A DNA stretch of 64,000 nt from an uncultured Acidobacteriota bacterium (GCA_937870635.1 CALMZP010000083.1:5100-69099), one strand, 5' to 3'; positions 18,398 through 28,268 are shown, numbered from the stretch's first letter. Notes: a model not told the origin generated them from the sequence alone. Program-made: numbers and translations.

Positions 18398-21307
18398 ATG
18401 AAGTTGAATCGCTTCTGGGCATTACTCGCCGTCGCGTTGCTCATCAGCACAAGCGCCTTCGCCCAGGTCAGCTCGAATCTGACTGGCCGCGTGTTGATGG
18501 ACGGCAACCCGCTCCCTGGTGTCACGGTGACAATCTCGTCGCCGGCGCTGCAGGGAACGCGCACAGCCGTCACCGACGTGAACGGCAACTACAACTTTGC
18601 AGCTCTTCCGCCGGGGGACTACACGGTCCGGTTCGAGATGGAGAGCATGCAGACGGTGACCCGCACGCAGCGTGTCGGCCTTGGTCAGACCGGCCGCGTC
18701 GATGCGGAGATGCGGCTGACCGCGGTGGCGGAAGCCATCACCGTCACGGCGAGCGCTCCGGCCGTCCTCGAGACGACCGAAGTGCAGACCAACATCACCG
18801 GCGAGCTGATCGACGATCTGCCGATCGCGCGGACTCTGATCGCCACCTCGACGCTCGCACCGGGCGTCAACAGCAACGGCCCGAACCCGGGAGCCATCAC
18901 GATCTCCGGCGCTCTGGCCGCCGACAACCTCTTCCTCGTGAACGGCGCCGTCACGAACGAGAACCTGCGCGGGCAGCCGCACAATCTCTTCATCGAAGAC
19001 GCCATTCAGGAGACGACGGTCCAGACGGCCGGCATCTCGGCCGAGTACGGCCGTTTCCTCGGCGGCGTGGTCAGCGCGATCACGAAGTCGGGTGGCAACG
19101 AGTTCAGCGGATCGCTTCGCGATTCCATCGTCAACGACGCCTGGACGGAAGAGAGCCCGAAGCAGACCTTCGAGAACAAAGACGAGATGCTTCATACGTA
19201 TGAAGGAACGCTCGGCGGCCGCATCATCCGCGACCGCCTGTGGTTCTTCGGCGCCGGCCGCTTTTTCGAGCAGCAGCAGCAGCGCACCTTCACCGAAAGC
19301 AGTATCCCTTTCGTGGCCGGTAACGAAGAGCTGCGCCTCGAAGGCAAGCTCACCGGACAGATCACCCCGCGTCATAACCTGATGGGGTCATACCTGACTC
19401 TGGAGACGAAGCAGACCAACAACTGCTTCATTTCCTGCTTTGAAGAGTCGAACCTCGACCTGGCGCGTGCGCTGCCGAATGACTTCACCGTCATTCGCTA
19501 CAACGGCATTCTCACCGACCAGTTCCTGCTCGAGGCGAGCTACACCCAGAAGAACTTCGCATTCGAGGGCAGCGGCGGCGACGCCGTCGGCGATCGCGTT
19601 CGCGGTACCTGGGCCTACGACGTGAATACGGGCGGCTTCTATGGTGCGCCGGTGTTCTGCGGTGTCTGCGATCCTGAAGAGCGCAACAACAGCACGTATG
19701 GGCTGAAGGCCACGTACTACCTCGCCACCGGTGCCACCGGTACGCACAACCTCGTGGCCGGTTATGAGAACTGGGCGGAGACCCGCCTTTCGAACAACTA
19801 TCAATCGGCCAGCAACTACGGCCTGATCACCTATCAGGAAGTGACGCGCAACGCGCAGGGTGTGATCACGCCGACCATCGCCGCCGGCGACCTGATCGGC
19901 TACTTCCCGATCGATGTCCTTTCGAAGGGTTCCGACTTCGTCACCGACTCCTTCTTTATCAACGACAAGTGGGACCTCAACCGCCACTTCCAGTTCAACA
20001 TCGGCCTCCGCTATGACATGAACAACGGCAAGGACAGCCTTGGTGTCAAGCGCGCCGACGACAGCCTGTTCAGCCCTCGCCTCGGTGTCATGTATGACAT
20101 CGGAGGCAACGGCCGTGCGCGCCTGAATGCGAGCTACAGCAAGTACGTCAACCGCATTGCCGAGACGATCGGCGGCTCCGCGTCCCCGGCGGGCAATCCC
20201 GCGTCGTTCTACTACTACTACGACGGCCCGACGATCTCCGGTCTTCCCACGTTCCAGGCATTCGAGCAGGTCTTTGCATGGTTTGATTCCGTGGGTGGTC
20301 TCAATGCCGACGACTACCTGATCTTCGCCAGCGTGCCGGGTGTGAACGCGCAGATCCGCAAGTCACTCATCTCGCCGAGCGTCGACGAGATGACGGTCGG
20401 CGCCGGTTTCCAGCTGGGCCCCACCGGCTTCTTCCGCGCGGATTACATCCATCGCAAGTGGAACGATTTCTTCGTCACTGTGGCCAATCGTGAGATCGGA
20501 ACGATCACCGCTCCGACGGGAACGTTCCAGCTCAAGCTCACGGAAAATACCGACGCCCTCACCCGCGAGTACGATGCGCTCCAGTTCCAGCTGGCTTATC
20601 GCATCTTCCAGCGGCTGAACCTCGGCGCCAATTACACCTGGTCCGAGACGGTCGGCAACCAGGTCGGCCAGACCGGCGGCAGCGGGCCGATCGCCGACGA
20701 GACGTCCGCACCGTTCGCGTATCCGGAGCTGAAGCAGTTCGCTCAGTTCAACCCCACCGGCTTCCTGCCGCAGGACCAGACGCACAAGGTCCGGGCATGG
20801 CTGTCGTGGGATCAGCCGACTCCCATCGGCAACTTCAACTTCAGCGTCCTGCAGCGCTTCGATTCCGGTACGCCGTATTCGGCGGTCGGAACCATCAACG
20901 TGCGGCCGTACGTTGATCCGGCCATCCTCGCCGAGTACCGGCAGGTGCCCTCCGGGATCAACTACTACTTCAGCGAGCGTGGCGAGTTCCGTTGGGACGA
21001 CGTCATGGCCACGGATCTGGCGCTCAACTACCAGCTCCCGATCCAGCGGCTCGGCCTTTTCGTGGCGGCCGATCTGATCAACGCGTTCAACACTGACGCC
21101 GTGACTGGCGGGAACACGGCCGTCCTCACGGCTTCGCAGGATGCGTCGCTCAAGCCGTTCAACCCCTTCACCGAGACGCCCGTCGAAGGCGTTCACTGGC
21201 GGCGCGGCTCGAACTTCGGCAAGGCCACGAATCCGACGACGCCCGGCGCGGCGGGTCACTATGCGCTGCCGCGCACGTTCCGTGTGTCCCTCGGCCTGCG
21301 GTTCTAA
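18398..21307 (+). CDS. TonB-dependent receptor-like outer-membrane protein with N-terminal carboxypeptidase-regulatory-like domain
   Basis: Signal peptide, CarbopepD_reg motif (GRVLMDGNPLPGVTVTI...DVNGNYNF), plug and long beta-barrel ending in an aromatic residue (LGLRF). RBS ggaggtaagg lies upstream. Confidence 0.8.
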   Translation: MKLNRFWALLAVALLISTSAFAQVSSNLTGRVLMDGNPLPGVTVTISSPALQGTRTAVTDVNGNYNFAALPPGDYTVRFEMESMQTVTRTQRVGLGQTGRVDAEMRLTAVAEAITVTASAPAVLETTEVQTNITGELIDDLPIARTLIATSTLAPGVNSNGPNPGAITISGALAADNLFLVNGAVTNENLRGQPHNLFIEDAIQETTVQTAGISAEYGRFLGGVVSAITKSGGNEFSGSLRDSIVNDAWTEESPKQTFENKDEMLHTYEGTLGGRIIRDRLWFFGAGRFFEQQQQRTFTESSIPFVAGNEELRLEGKLTGQITPRHNLMGSYLTLETKQTNNCFISCFEESNLDLARALPNDFTVIRYNGILTDQFLLEASYTQKNFAFEGSGGDAVGDRVRGTWAYDVNTGGFYGAPVFCGVCDPEERNNSTYGLKATYYLATGATGTHNLVAGYENWAETRLSNNYQSASNYGLITYQEVTRNAQGVITPTIAAGDLIGYFPIDVLSKGSDFVTDSFFINDKWDLNRHFQFNIGLRYDMNNGKDSLGVKRADDSLFSPRLGVMYDIGGNGRARLNASYSKYVNRIAETIGGSASPAGNPASFYYYYDGPTISGLPTFQAFEQVFAWFDSVGGLNADDYLIFASVPGVNAQIRKSLISPSVDEMTVGAGFQLGPTGFFRADYIHRKWNDFFVTVANREIGTITAPTGTFQLKLTENTDALTREYDALQFQLAYRIFQRLNLGANYTWSETVGNQVGQTGGSGPIADETSAPFAYPELKQFAQFNPTGFLPQDQTHKVRAWLSWDQPTPIGNFNFSVLQRFDSGTPYSAVGTINVRPYVDPAILAEYRQVPSGINYYFSERGEFRWDDVMATDLALNYQLPIQRLGLFVAADLINAFNTDAVTGGNTAVLTASQDASLKPFNPFTETPVEGVHWRRGSNFGKATNPTTPGAAGHYALPRTFRVSLGLRF

Positions 21308-21333
21308 GTCGTTTTCTTAAGCTGTATCCTTGA

Positions 21334-21365
21334 AAGCCCCGGCGACGAGCCGGGGCTTTCGTTTT
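21334..21365 (+). terminator. rho-independent terminator
   Basis: aaagccccggcgacgagccggggctttcgtttt immediately after the receptor stop. Confidence 0.65.
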
Positions 21366-21378
21366 ACCGGTCGTTACC

Positions 21379-23430
21379 TTGCGAACCTTTCTCGTCCTCT
21401 CATGCGTTCTGGTTCTGGCGTGCGGCAGCGAACGCGCCGAGCGCGAGCGGCGCGACGTCCCTGTCTTCATCATCTCGATCGACACGCTCCGCGCCGACCG
21501 TCTGCCGGCGTACGGTTACGACAAAGGATCCACGCCAGCCATCGATGCGCTCCGGCAGGATTCAATCCTCTACCGCTGGGCCTTCAGTCACTGCCCGCAG
21601 ACTCTTCCATCGCATGCGTCGATCTTCACCGGCACGCTGCCGCCCACGCACGGAGTGCGTGATAACGTCGGCTACCAGCTGGACGCGAAGATTCCCACCC
21701 TGGCGACGCGGTTGCGCCAGCTTGGCTACGCCACCGGCGCGGCTGTCTCGACGTACGTCCTCCGGCGCGCCACCGGAATTCACGAAGGTTTCGACTTCTA
21801 CGATGACCGGGTCCGAAGCTCGGGCGCGCGCCCGACAGCCGCGGAGCGCGACGGCGAGGAATCGCGGATCGTCCTGACGTCGTGGTTGGAGACCATCGCC
21901 GAACCAAGGGTCTTCGGCTTTCTGCATCTTTATGAGCCACATGCGCCGTACGAGGCACCGCGGCAGTTCCGGCGGGTGGCCGACGAGTACGACAACGAAG
22001 TCTCGTATGCAGACGCGGTCGTCGGCCGTTTCGTCAGTACGCTCAAGGAACGGCAGCTCTACGACGATGCCCTGATCATCGTCCTGTCCGACCACGGCGA
22101 GGGCCTCGGCGACCACGGCGAGGACGAGCATGGCCTGTTTGTCTACCGGGAATCGATTCAGGTCCCTCTGCTCATCAAGCTGCCTGGAAACGACCGTGCC
22201 GGTGAGACGGTCACGCCCCCCGTCGGCCTCAACCAGGTTTTCGCCACCGTGCTCAACGTAGTCGGGGCGGGGGACGGTAAGCCGGATCTTCTCGACCGCG
22301 AAGCGGCGCCGCGACCCGTCTACAGTGAAAGCTACTACCCGCGACTGCACTTCGGCTGGAGCGAGCTCCGGTCCCTCGTCAAGGGGCAGCGCCATTTCAT
22401 CGACGCGCCGTCGCGTGAGCTGTACGACTACATTCGCGATCCGGCCGAGTTGCGGAACCTTGCCGGAGCCGAGCGCCGCGAGCTCCACGCGCTGACGAAG
22501 ACAGTCCGCGACATCGACGCCGCTTTTCAACCACCTTCGCAGCTCGACCTGGAGGACCGCCGTAAGCTCGCCGCTCTCGGATATATCGGCTCCGCCGCCG
22601 GCGGGGCGAAAAACATGGCAGATCCGAAAGACAAAGTGCAGACGGTCCGCGATCTCCGCCGTGCGTTTCTGTTCTACGAAGCAAAGCGCTATCGCGACGC
22701 GATTCCGCTGGCAGAGCGCGTCGTGTTTGCGGAACCGGAAATCGTAGACGGCTGGGCGCTGCTTGGCCGCAGCAGGTCGGCAGCGGGCCAGCGCGGCCTC
22801 GCACTCGAATCGTATCGGGAGGGCCTGCGGAGGTTCCCTGAGAGCACCGACCTCGCCTTGCTGGCCGCGGACGAATACGCGAACGCCGGAAACTGGCCGC
22901 AGGCTGAGCAGCACGCCGCGCTCGTCTTGCGTCAGGATCCTGTCCTGGCCCACGAGACCCTGGCCCGGTTCGCGGCCCGGCGAGGCAACGACGAAGTGGC
23001 TCGGCGCCACGCCGAGGAGGCCGTGAAACTCGTGCCGGGAAGGATACCGACGCTGATGTTGCTGGCCGACCTGGCCCGCCGCGCGAATCATCCGGCGGAA
23101 CAATTGATGTGGCTCGATCGGGCCGAGCAGGAAGTCAGCGTGCGCGCGGTGCCTCCAGTGGAGAACCTCTCCTTCCTCCGGGGCCAGGCCCTTCTCTCGC
23201 TCCGCCGGGTCGCTGAGGCGGAGACGGCGTTTCGCACGGAAATCCGGCTCTTCCCCAATAACATGCGCGCCTGGAGCAGCCTGGCTGTCGTCGTCAGCGC
23301 CCAGGGACGTCGCGACGAAGCGCGATCGATCCTGAACGACGCGGTGAGAGCCAACGACAACGACACGATGCGTGCTCTCGTGCGCGAAGCGCTCGAGGTC
23401 ACCGGCGACCGAAATGCGCCGGCTCCGTGA
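21379..23430 (+). CDS. sulfatase-like (alkaline-phosphatase superfamily) lipoprotein with C-terminal TPR repeats
   Basis: Lipobox LACGS. IISIDTLRADRL and FSHCPQTLPSHASIFTG form an AP-superfamily active-site region with non-canonical spacing. C-terminal half carries TPR repeats. TTG start. Confidence 0.75.
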   Translation: MRTFLVLSCVLVLACGSERAERERRDVPVFIISIDTLRADRLPAYGYDKGSTPAIDALRQDSILYRWAFSHCPQTLPSHASIFTGTLPPTHGVRDNVGYQLDAKIPTLATRLRQLGYATGAAVSTYVLRRATGIHEGFDFYDDRVRSSGARPTAAERDGEESRIVLTSWLETIAEPRVFGFLHLYEPHAPYEAPRQFRRVADEYDNEVSYADAVVGRFVSTLKERQLYDDALIIVLSDHGEGLGDHGEDEHGLFVYRESIQVPLLIKLPGNDRAGETVTPPVGLNQVFATVLNVVGAGDGKPDLLDREAAPRPVYSESYYPRLHFGWSELRSLVKGQRHFIDAPSRELYDYIRDPAELRNLAGAERRELHALTKTVRDIDAAFQPPSQLDLEDRRKLAALGYIGSAAGGAKNMADPKDKVQTVRDLRRAFLFYEAKRYRDAIPLAERVVFAEPEIVDGWALLGRSRSAAGQRGLALESYREGLRRFPESTDLALLAADEYANAGNWPQAEQHAALVLRQDPVLAHETLARFAARRGNDEVARRHAEEAVKLVPGRIPTLMLLADLARRANHPAEQLMWLDRAEQEVSVRAVPPVENLSFLRGQALLSLRRVAEAETAFRTEIRLFPNNMRAWSSLAVVVSAQGRRDEARSILNDAVRANDNDTMRALVREALEVTGDRNAPAP

Positions 23431-23656
23431 CGTTGCCGGATGGTGACACTGCTGGACCCTCGCTCTCCGGTTCTAAGTTTCCCATTGAGCGTGGACCGTT
23501 CATGCCGCCCGCGATGGTTGGGACGCCGCGTGGAGGGGCGGGCGATCCGCCCGCCTGGCGATCACGAAATGCGCGGGCGAGATCGCCCGCGGCTCCACCG
23601 AGCCTTGCCATCGCTACGTTAACGGTTTTAACCGCAGACGGTAAACTCCCTCCCCG

Positions 23657-25771
23657 ATGCGTCTGCCCCTGTTCGCGGTCCTTTCGGTGCTCCTTCTCTT
23701 CGCGTGCAGCCAGCCGGCGGAGACGCCGGTGGCCGTTTACACGAATGCTCCGGTCATCATCGTATCGATCGACACGCTCCGGGCTGATCGCCTTCCGATG
23801 TTCGGCTATGGCCGCGTCGAGACGCCGCATCTCGACCGGTTCCGTGCCGACGGCATTCTGTTCCGCAATGCCTATACGCATGCGCCGCTCACGTTGCCGG
23901 CGCACACGTCACTGCTGACCGGACTCCTTCCGCACGAGCACAAGGTGCGCAACAACATCGGATACGTGCTTTCCGAGGCGATCCCGACTCTTCCACGGAT
24001 CCTCAAGGCCAGGGGATACGCGACCGGAGCCGCGGTTTCGGCGTATGTCCTGCGCGGGTCGAGCGGTCTGGCGCGTGACTTCGACGAGTATGAAGATCGG
24101 ATCGCCGGGACCGGCAGCAGCGCGGTCGGCCAGCTTCAGCGGCCGGGCGCAGTGACGACCGCGATCGCCGCGCGATGGATTGAAACGCACTCCGCGCAGC
24201 CGTTCTTCTACTTTCTCCATCTCTTCGAGCCCCACTCGCCGTATGAGCCGCCGGAGCCGTTTCGGTCGAAGTACCGCGACCGCTACGATGGGGAGATCGC
24301 CGCCGTGGATGCCATCGTCGGCGAGTTTTTCGACGGATTGCGCCGGAGCGGCGTCTACGACAAAGCGATGATCATCGTTCTGTCGGATCACGGTGAAGGG
24401 CTCGGCGATCATGGTGAGCCGGAGCACGGAATCTTCGTCTATCGGGAGACGATCCACGTTCCGCTCCTGGTGAAGCTCCCCGGGAACGAGCGCAGGGGCG
24501 AAACGCTCGACGGCCCCGTCGGATTGATCGATATCGCTCCCACCGTTGCCACGTTTTCAGGTGTTGCCGCGCCGACCGCGATGAGCGGGAAACCGCTTCT
24601 GCAGCCCGATCCGAGTGGCCGTCGCATTTACAGCGAATCGCTCTATCCGCGCATCCATCTCGGATGGAGTGAACTGAGGTCGCTCGTCGACTCGCGCTAT
24701 CACTACATAGAGGCGCCGCGCGCCGAGCTGTATGACATCACCACCGACGCTCACGAAAAAGCGAACGTCATCAGTGATCAGAGGCGTGTTGCGTCGCGGA
24801 TGCGCGACGACCTCGCCCGCTACGGAACGGAGATCGAGAACCCTCAGAACATCGATCCGGAAGAGGCAAAGAAGCTCGCCGCGCTCGGTTATCTGTCGTC
24901 TCCCGCCGGAGCGGCGGCGGGGCCGCTTCCCGATCCCAAGGACAGGATCGGAGAGATCGCGGAGATGGTGCGGGCGAGCGACCTGCTGAGGAAACGGCGC
25001 TGGGATGCGGCCATCGAAGCCTTTCAGAAGATCGTCGAGAAGAATCCACGTCTCGCCGACGCATGGAACCAGCTCGGCGACGCCTTCGAAGGAGCGGGAC
25101 GTTACGAGGAAGCCTCGAACACCTATCAGCGGGCCATCGAGATGACTCCACAGCTTGCAGGCGAGTTTGGATTGCGCCGAGGATCCGTTTTCCTCAAGCT
25201 GGAAAAGTATGAAGAGGCGGTGGAGCATGCCCGGCTGGCGGAAGCGACGAACCCAGGCGCCATGCACGTGCTTCTGGCGCGGGTCGAAATGGCTCGAAAG
25301 AACTTTGGGGCGGCGGAAGCGCAGGCTCGCGCAGCCGCAAATGACCCCAACTATCGCATTGCCGGCGAGCTTCTTCTGGCTCAGATCCTGGCGCAGCAGG
25401 AGAAGGCCGCGGAGGCTCTGCCGATCGTCGATCGTATCGGTGCGGAGATCGAGAAGGACGGTCTCGGCCCGGTCGAAGCGTACGAGTTTATCCGGGGGGA
25501 CATCCTGGCGCGGCTCGAGCGGTACGACGAAGCGATTGCGGCGTTCCAGCGGGAGATCACGCACTTCCCGGGTAACCAGCAGGCGTATGCGAATCTCTAT
25601 CTGGTCTACATGGTGACCGATCGTCCGCGTGAAGCGCAGCGGACCATTGAGGCGATGGTGCGGGCGAATCCGGGGAAGCGCACGATGATGTTCGCGGCGC
25701 GGACCGTGGAGGCGCTCGGCGATACGCGCGGCGCCGAACAGTGGCGCCGACGCGCCGGACAGACGAAGTGA
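23657..25771 (+). CDS. sulfatase-like lipoprotein with C-terminal TPR repeats (paralog of 21379-23430)
   Basis: Lipobox FACSQ. IIVSIDTLRADRL and YTHAPLTLPAHTSLLTG. Roughly 45-50% identity to the upstream paralog by eye, with the same domain order. Confidence 0.75.
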   Translation: MRLPLFAVLSVLLLFACSQPAETPVAVYTNAPVIIVSIDTLRADRLPMFGYGRVETPHLDRFRADGILFRNAYTHAPLTLPAHTSLLTGLLPHEHKVRNNIGYVLSEAIPTLPRILKARGYATGAAVSAYVLRGSSGLARDFDEYEDRIAGTGSSAVGQLQRPGAVTTAIAARWIETHSAQPFFYFLHLFEPHSPYEPPEPFRSKYRDRYDGEIAAVDAIVGEFFDGLRRSGVYDKAMIIVLSDHGEGLGDHGEPEHGIFVYRETIHVPLLVKLPGNERRGETLDGPVGLIDIAPTVATFSGVAAPTAMSGKPLLQPDPSGRRIYSESLYPRIHLGWSELRSLVDSRYHYIEAPRAELYDITTDAHEKANVISDQRRVASRMRDDLARYGTEIENPQNIDPEEAKKLAALGYLSSPAGAAAGPLPDPKDRIGEIAEMVRASDLLRKRRWDAAIEAFQKIVEKNPRLADAWNQLGDAFEGAGRYEEASNTYQRAIEMTPQLAGEFGLRRGSVFLKLEKYEEAVEHARLAEATNPGAMHVLLARVEMARKNFGAAEAQARAAANDPNYRIAGELLLAQILAQQEKAAEALPIVDRIGAEIEKDGLGPVEAYEFIRGDILARLERYDEAIAAFQREITHFPGNQQAYANLYLVYMVTDRPREAQRTIEAMVRANPGKRTMMFAARTVEALGDTRGAEQWRRRAGQTK

Positions 25772-25806
25772 GGGAGCGCGGGCCGTACGCCCGCGCTCCG
25801 TATTGA

Positions 25807-26229
25807 TCAGTTCCTGGCGTTCAGCATGTGCCACTCCGGGTTGTCGCGGACATAGGCGGGCCGCTTGTCCCGGAACTGGTTGACTTCCGATGCCGTCTCC
25901 AGCATGAGCTGGAACTTTGCGATCATGGAACGCTGCAGGGGCTTGGGAAGATTTTTCAGATCGTCAACGAGGCGCGAGGTAGCGAATTCGTCCTCGCCGA
26001 GCTCCCACGGCGCGATCTGCTTCTCGACCGAGCCGCCGAAGAACTGCGCCTCGGTCAGCCCGTAGACACTGAGCAGGCGCTTGAGCTGAGACAGCTTCAG
26101 CGCTCCGATCCTCTGTCCGGTTTCGAACGAGCTGATCGTCTTCTCACCGACGCCGGAAAGCTTCGCAACATCTTTCTGACTGAGGCCGCGCATGCGGCGG
26201 ATTTCACGTAGTTTCAGAACGAGATCCAT
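25807..26229 (-). CDS. XRE-family helix-turn-helix transcriptional regulator
   Basis: LREIRRMRGLSQKDVAKLSGVGEKTISSFETG is a classic HTH_XRE motif. Immediately downstream of lexA on the same strand. The ATG at 26229 is preceded by gaggaag. Confidence 0.7.
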   Translation of the reverse strand: MDLVLKLREIRRMRGLSQKDVAKLSGVGEKTISSFETGQRIGALKLSQLKRLLSVYGLTEAQFFGGSVEKQIAPWELGEDEFATSRLVDDLKNLPKPLQRSMIAKFQLMLETASEVNQFRDKRPAYVRDNPEWHMLNARN

Positions 26230-26246
26230 CTGCTTCCTCACATTTC

Positions 26247-26858
26247 TCAGAAACGCCGCATCAATCCGACGACCACCCCCTGCACCGCCACATCGCGGGC
26301 AGAGGCGAAGATCGGGCTCATCATCGAGTTCGCCGGTTGCAGACGTACACGTTCGCCCTCCCGATAAATCCGCTTGAGGGTCACTTCGCCATTCACGTTG
26401 GCCACGACCATCTCGCCGTTGTCGGCGCGCTCGCGCCGCGCGATGATCACCAGATCCCCGTCCAGGATCCCGTCGTCGATCATCGAGTCGCCGCGAACCT
26501 TCAGGACGTAGTTCTCGCCGCGCGTGGTCATGTGCTCCGGCACGGCGATGGTCTCATCCTGAACGTCGACATCGAGTGGCCGCCCGGCAGCGATGTAGCC
26601 GAACAACGGAAGCTCGCGGATTCCGGAATCACGCGCCTCTTCCTTCTGATCGACTACCTCCACCCCGCGCTTCTGGTTCCAGTCGCGCCGGATCAACCCC
26701 TTCTTCTCCAGGAGCGACAGGTGCTTGTAGACCGTCCCGTACGACGAGAACCCGAAGTGGTCGCAGATCTCGCGGTGTGTGGGAGCGACTCCTCGCTCCT
26801 GCTGGAACTCCTGGATGAACCTCAGGATGTCTCGCTGCCGTTCCGTCACGTACTTCAT
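26247..26858 (-). CDS. lexA: LexA repressor
   Basis: N-terminal winged HTH, the Ala-Gly cleavage site (YIAAGRP) and S24 peptidase Ser/Lys (GDSM...KRI). Confidence 0.9.
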   Translation of the reverse strand: MKYVTERQRDILRFIQEFQQERGVAPTHREICDHFGFSSYGTVYKHLSLLEKKGLIRRDWNQKRGVEVVDQKEEARDSGIRELPLFGYIAAGRPLDVDVQDETIAVPEHMTTRGENYVLKVRGDSMIDDGILDGDLVIIARRERADNGEMVVANVNGEVTLKRIYREGERVRLQPANSMMSPIFASARDVAVQGVVVGLMRRF

Positions 26859-26882
26859 TCGACCCTCGTATCGCCAACATAG

Positions 26883-26920
26883 GCGGTAATGGGGCGAAAG
26901 TCAAGCGGTAGTGGGGCGAA
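26883..26920. promoter_or_regulatory. 16-bp direct repeat (gcggtaatggggcgaa / gcggtagtggggcgaa, spacing 22 bp) in the lexA upstream region
   Basis: Seen in sequence, about 25-60 bp upstream of the lexA start. Candidate operator pair; function is inferred only. Confidence 0.3.
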
Positions 26921-27039
26921 TACCCTGATCTCGGGATAGTGGTAGCGTTTGGTGGCCGGGCTGTAACAGCACCGCTATGCCGTGTTAGGAATGCCATCAT
27001 TCCGGCATCGAATGGACGTTTCTCATATCTCCGTCATTA

Positions 27040-27252
27040 TTGCGGCAGCCGTCCTTTATCAACTACGTTGGCGGTCAAATGGCCGTGTTCGCCACCAGCA
27101 GCGTCTTAGGCGTTGACCTGATCTTTTCATTCCTTATTTTGCTGATGATGAAGAACAAAAACTTCACCGCACGATATGGCACGGCAGCCGTAAGTCTCGG
27201 TATGCTTGCCGTATCGGTACCCTGCGGTTTACTCATGTGGAGATGGTTATGA
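27040..27252 (+). CDS. small hydrophobic protein (2 predicted TM), hypothetical
   Basis: ORF in a low-GC islet. Its stop overlaps the next ATG (ATGA). Confidence 0.3.
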   Translation: MRQPSFINYVGGQMAVFATSSVLGVDLIFSFLILLMMKNKNFTARYGTAAVSLGMLAVSVPCGLLMWRWL

Positions 27253-27380
27253 ACCCGATCCTGGCAGTGCTGCTGATTTCACTCATTCCGACGATTCTCG
27301 GCGCGGTCGGGTTTAATTTGGCTGCCAAATACTTTTCCCACGGCGAAGATACCGGAAAGTTTCACCGGCACGCGCTCTGA
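27249..27380 (+). CDS. 43-aa hydrophobic micro-protein, hypothetical
   Basis: MNPILAVLLISLIPTILGAVGFNLAAKYF... Translationally coupled to the upstream ORF and followed by a strong terminator. Confidence 0.3.
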   Translation: MNPILAVLLISLIPTILGAVGFNLAAKYFSHGEDTGKFHRHAL

Positions 27381-27410
27381 GAACAATCAACCAGAAAGCA
27401 ACAACGCAAC

Positions 27411-27439
27411 AGGGGCCGCGCAAGCGGCCCTGTTCTTTT
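27411..27439 (+). terminator. rho-independent terminator
   Basis: aggggccgcgcaagcggccctgttctttt. Confidence 0.65.
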
Positions 27440-28240
27440 AGGCAGCTTTGGCATCTGTCCAAAGGTCGAGCGCCAGCAAGTCACTTGCCGTCCACACGTA
27501 CTCCGTCAGACCGGCCACCATCGCCGGAGTCTTGCCACCGAGTGATTTGTGCTTGCGGCAGAAGTTGTAGAAAACCACGTTGAGCGCGAGCATGTGTCGG
27601 TGATTCTCGAACTTCTTCGAGAATCCATTTGTGAGGCGCGTGAAACGCCGATTCTGCATACGAAGGGTCAGGTTCCAACGCTCCATGTATGCGGTCGAGA
27701 TGTTCTTGTCGCGGCTGCCGGTATTCGTGCTCGATGATGGAACCCGCGTTCTGAGAGATCCCGCGTCGTTGATGCAACTTGGTTTCCATGGGGAAGAATC
27801 GGTACTCCGTCGATCGGATGGTCGCGGGTCCGAACCCCGTGCTGACGTGGCGGACTCCGATGAACGCGATAAGTCATCAGCACGACGAAGAGTCGGTAAG
27901 AACTCGATCCGACGCGCAGAACGCACGCGAAGCCGTCACGCGTGGTCCGCATTTCAGCTTGCGCCGCGTTCTTGTTTGGCACCACGGTCGCCACCGGCAT
28001 CGCGACGGGTGGCCTCTTGATTGGCCTGGGTCTGGCCGCCGCGACCATCGTCGGCGCCGTTGCTGGAACCGGCACCATTGCCGCCATGACGGTGCGGCAT
28101 GACGTTAAGTCGCTACGCTGCCTCCCTCTCGGCCCACATGTCCAGCGCGAGCATGTTACTCGCGGTCCAGACGTAATCAGTCAGACCAGTGACCATCGCC
28201 GGAAGTCTTGCCTGCGAGTGACTTGTAGTTACCCGTCACT
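27438..28240 (-). pseudogene. decayed IS transposase remnants (IS1/IS1595-like DDE transposase 3' end, two copies, frameshifted)
   Basis: 27438-27700 encodes ...ERWNLTLRMQNRRFTRLTNGFSKKFENHRHMLALNVVFYNFCRKHKSLGGKTPAMVAGLTEYVWTASDLL*. A second, 1-nt-frameshifted copy of the same C-terminus (KSLAGKT..PAMVTGLTDYVWTASNMLALDMW) lies at 28118-28232. Upstream portions are broken into three frames. Confidence 0.6.
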
Positions 28241-28268
28241 CGTCACTCCCAAGGTCAGGTTCCAGAGG

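Noticed and set aside
23399-23905. 168-aa minus-strand ORF spanning the intergenic region and the second sulfatase-like gene start
   Set aside because: Overlaps a lipoprotein gene with clear sulfatase-family motifs. Composition is Arg/Gly-rich noise.
26950-26980. CTGT...ACAG-like SOS box upstream of lexA
   Set aside because: gctgtaacagc has only 1 nt between the half-sites, not the 8-nt spacing of the gamma-proteobacterial box. I am not confident of the consensus for this lineage, so it is not called.
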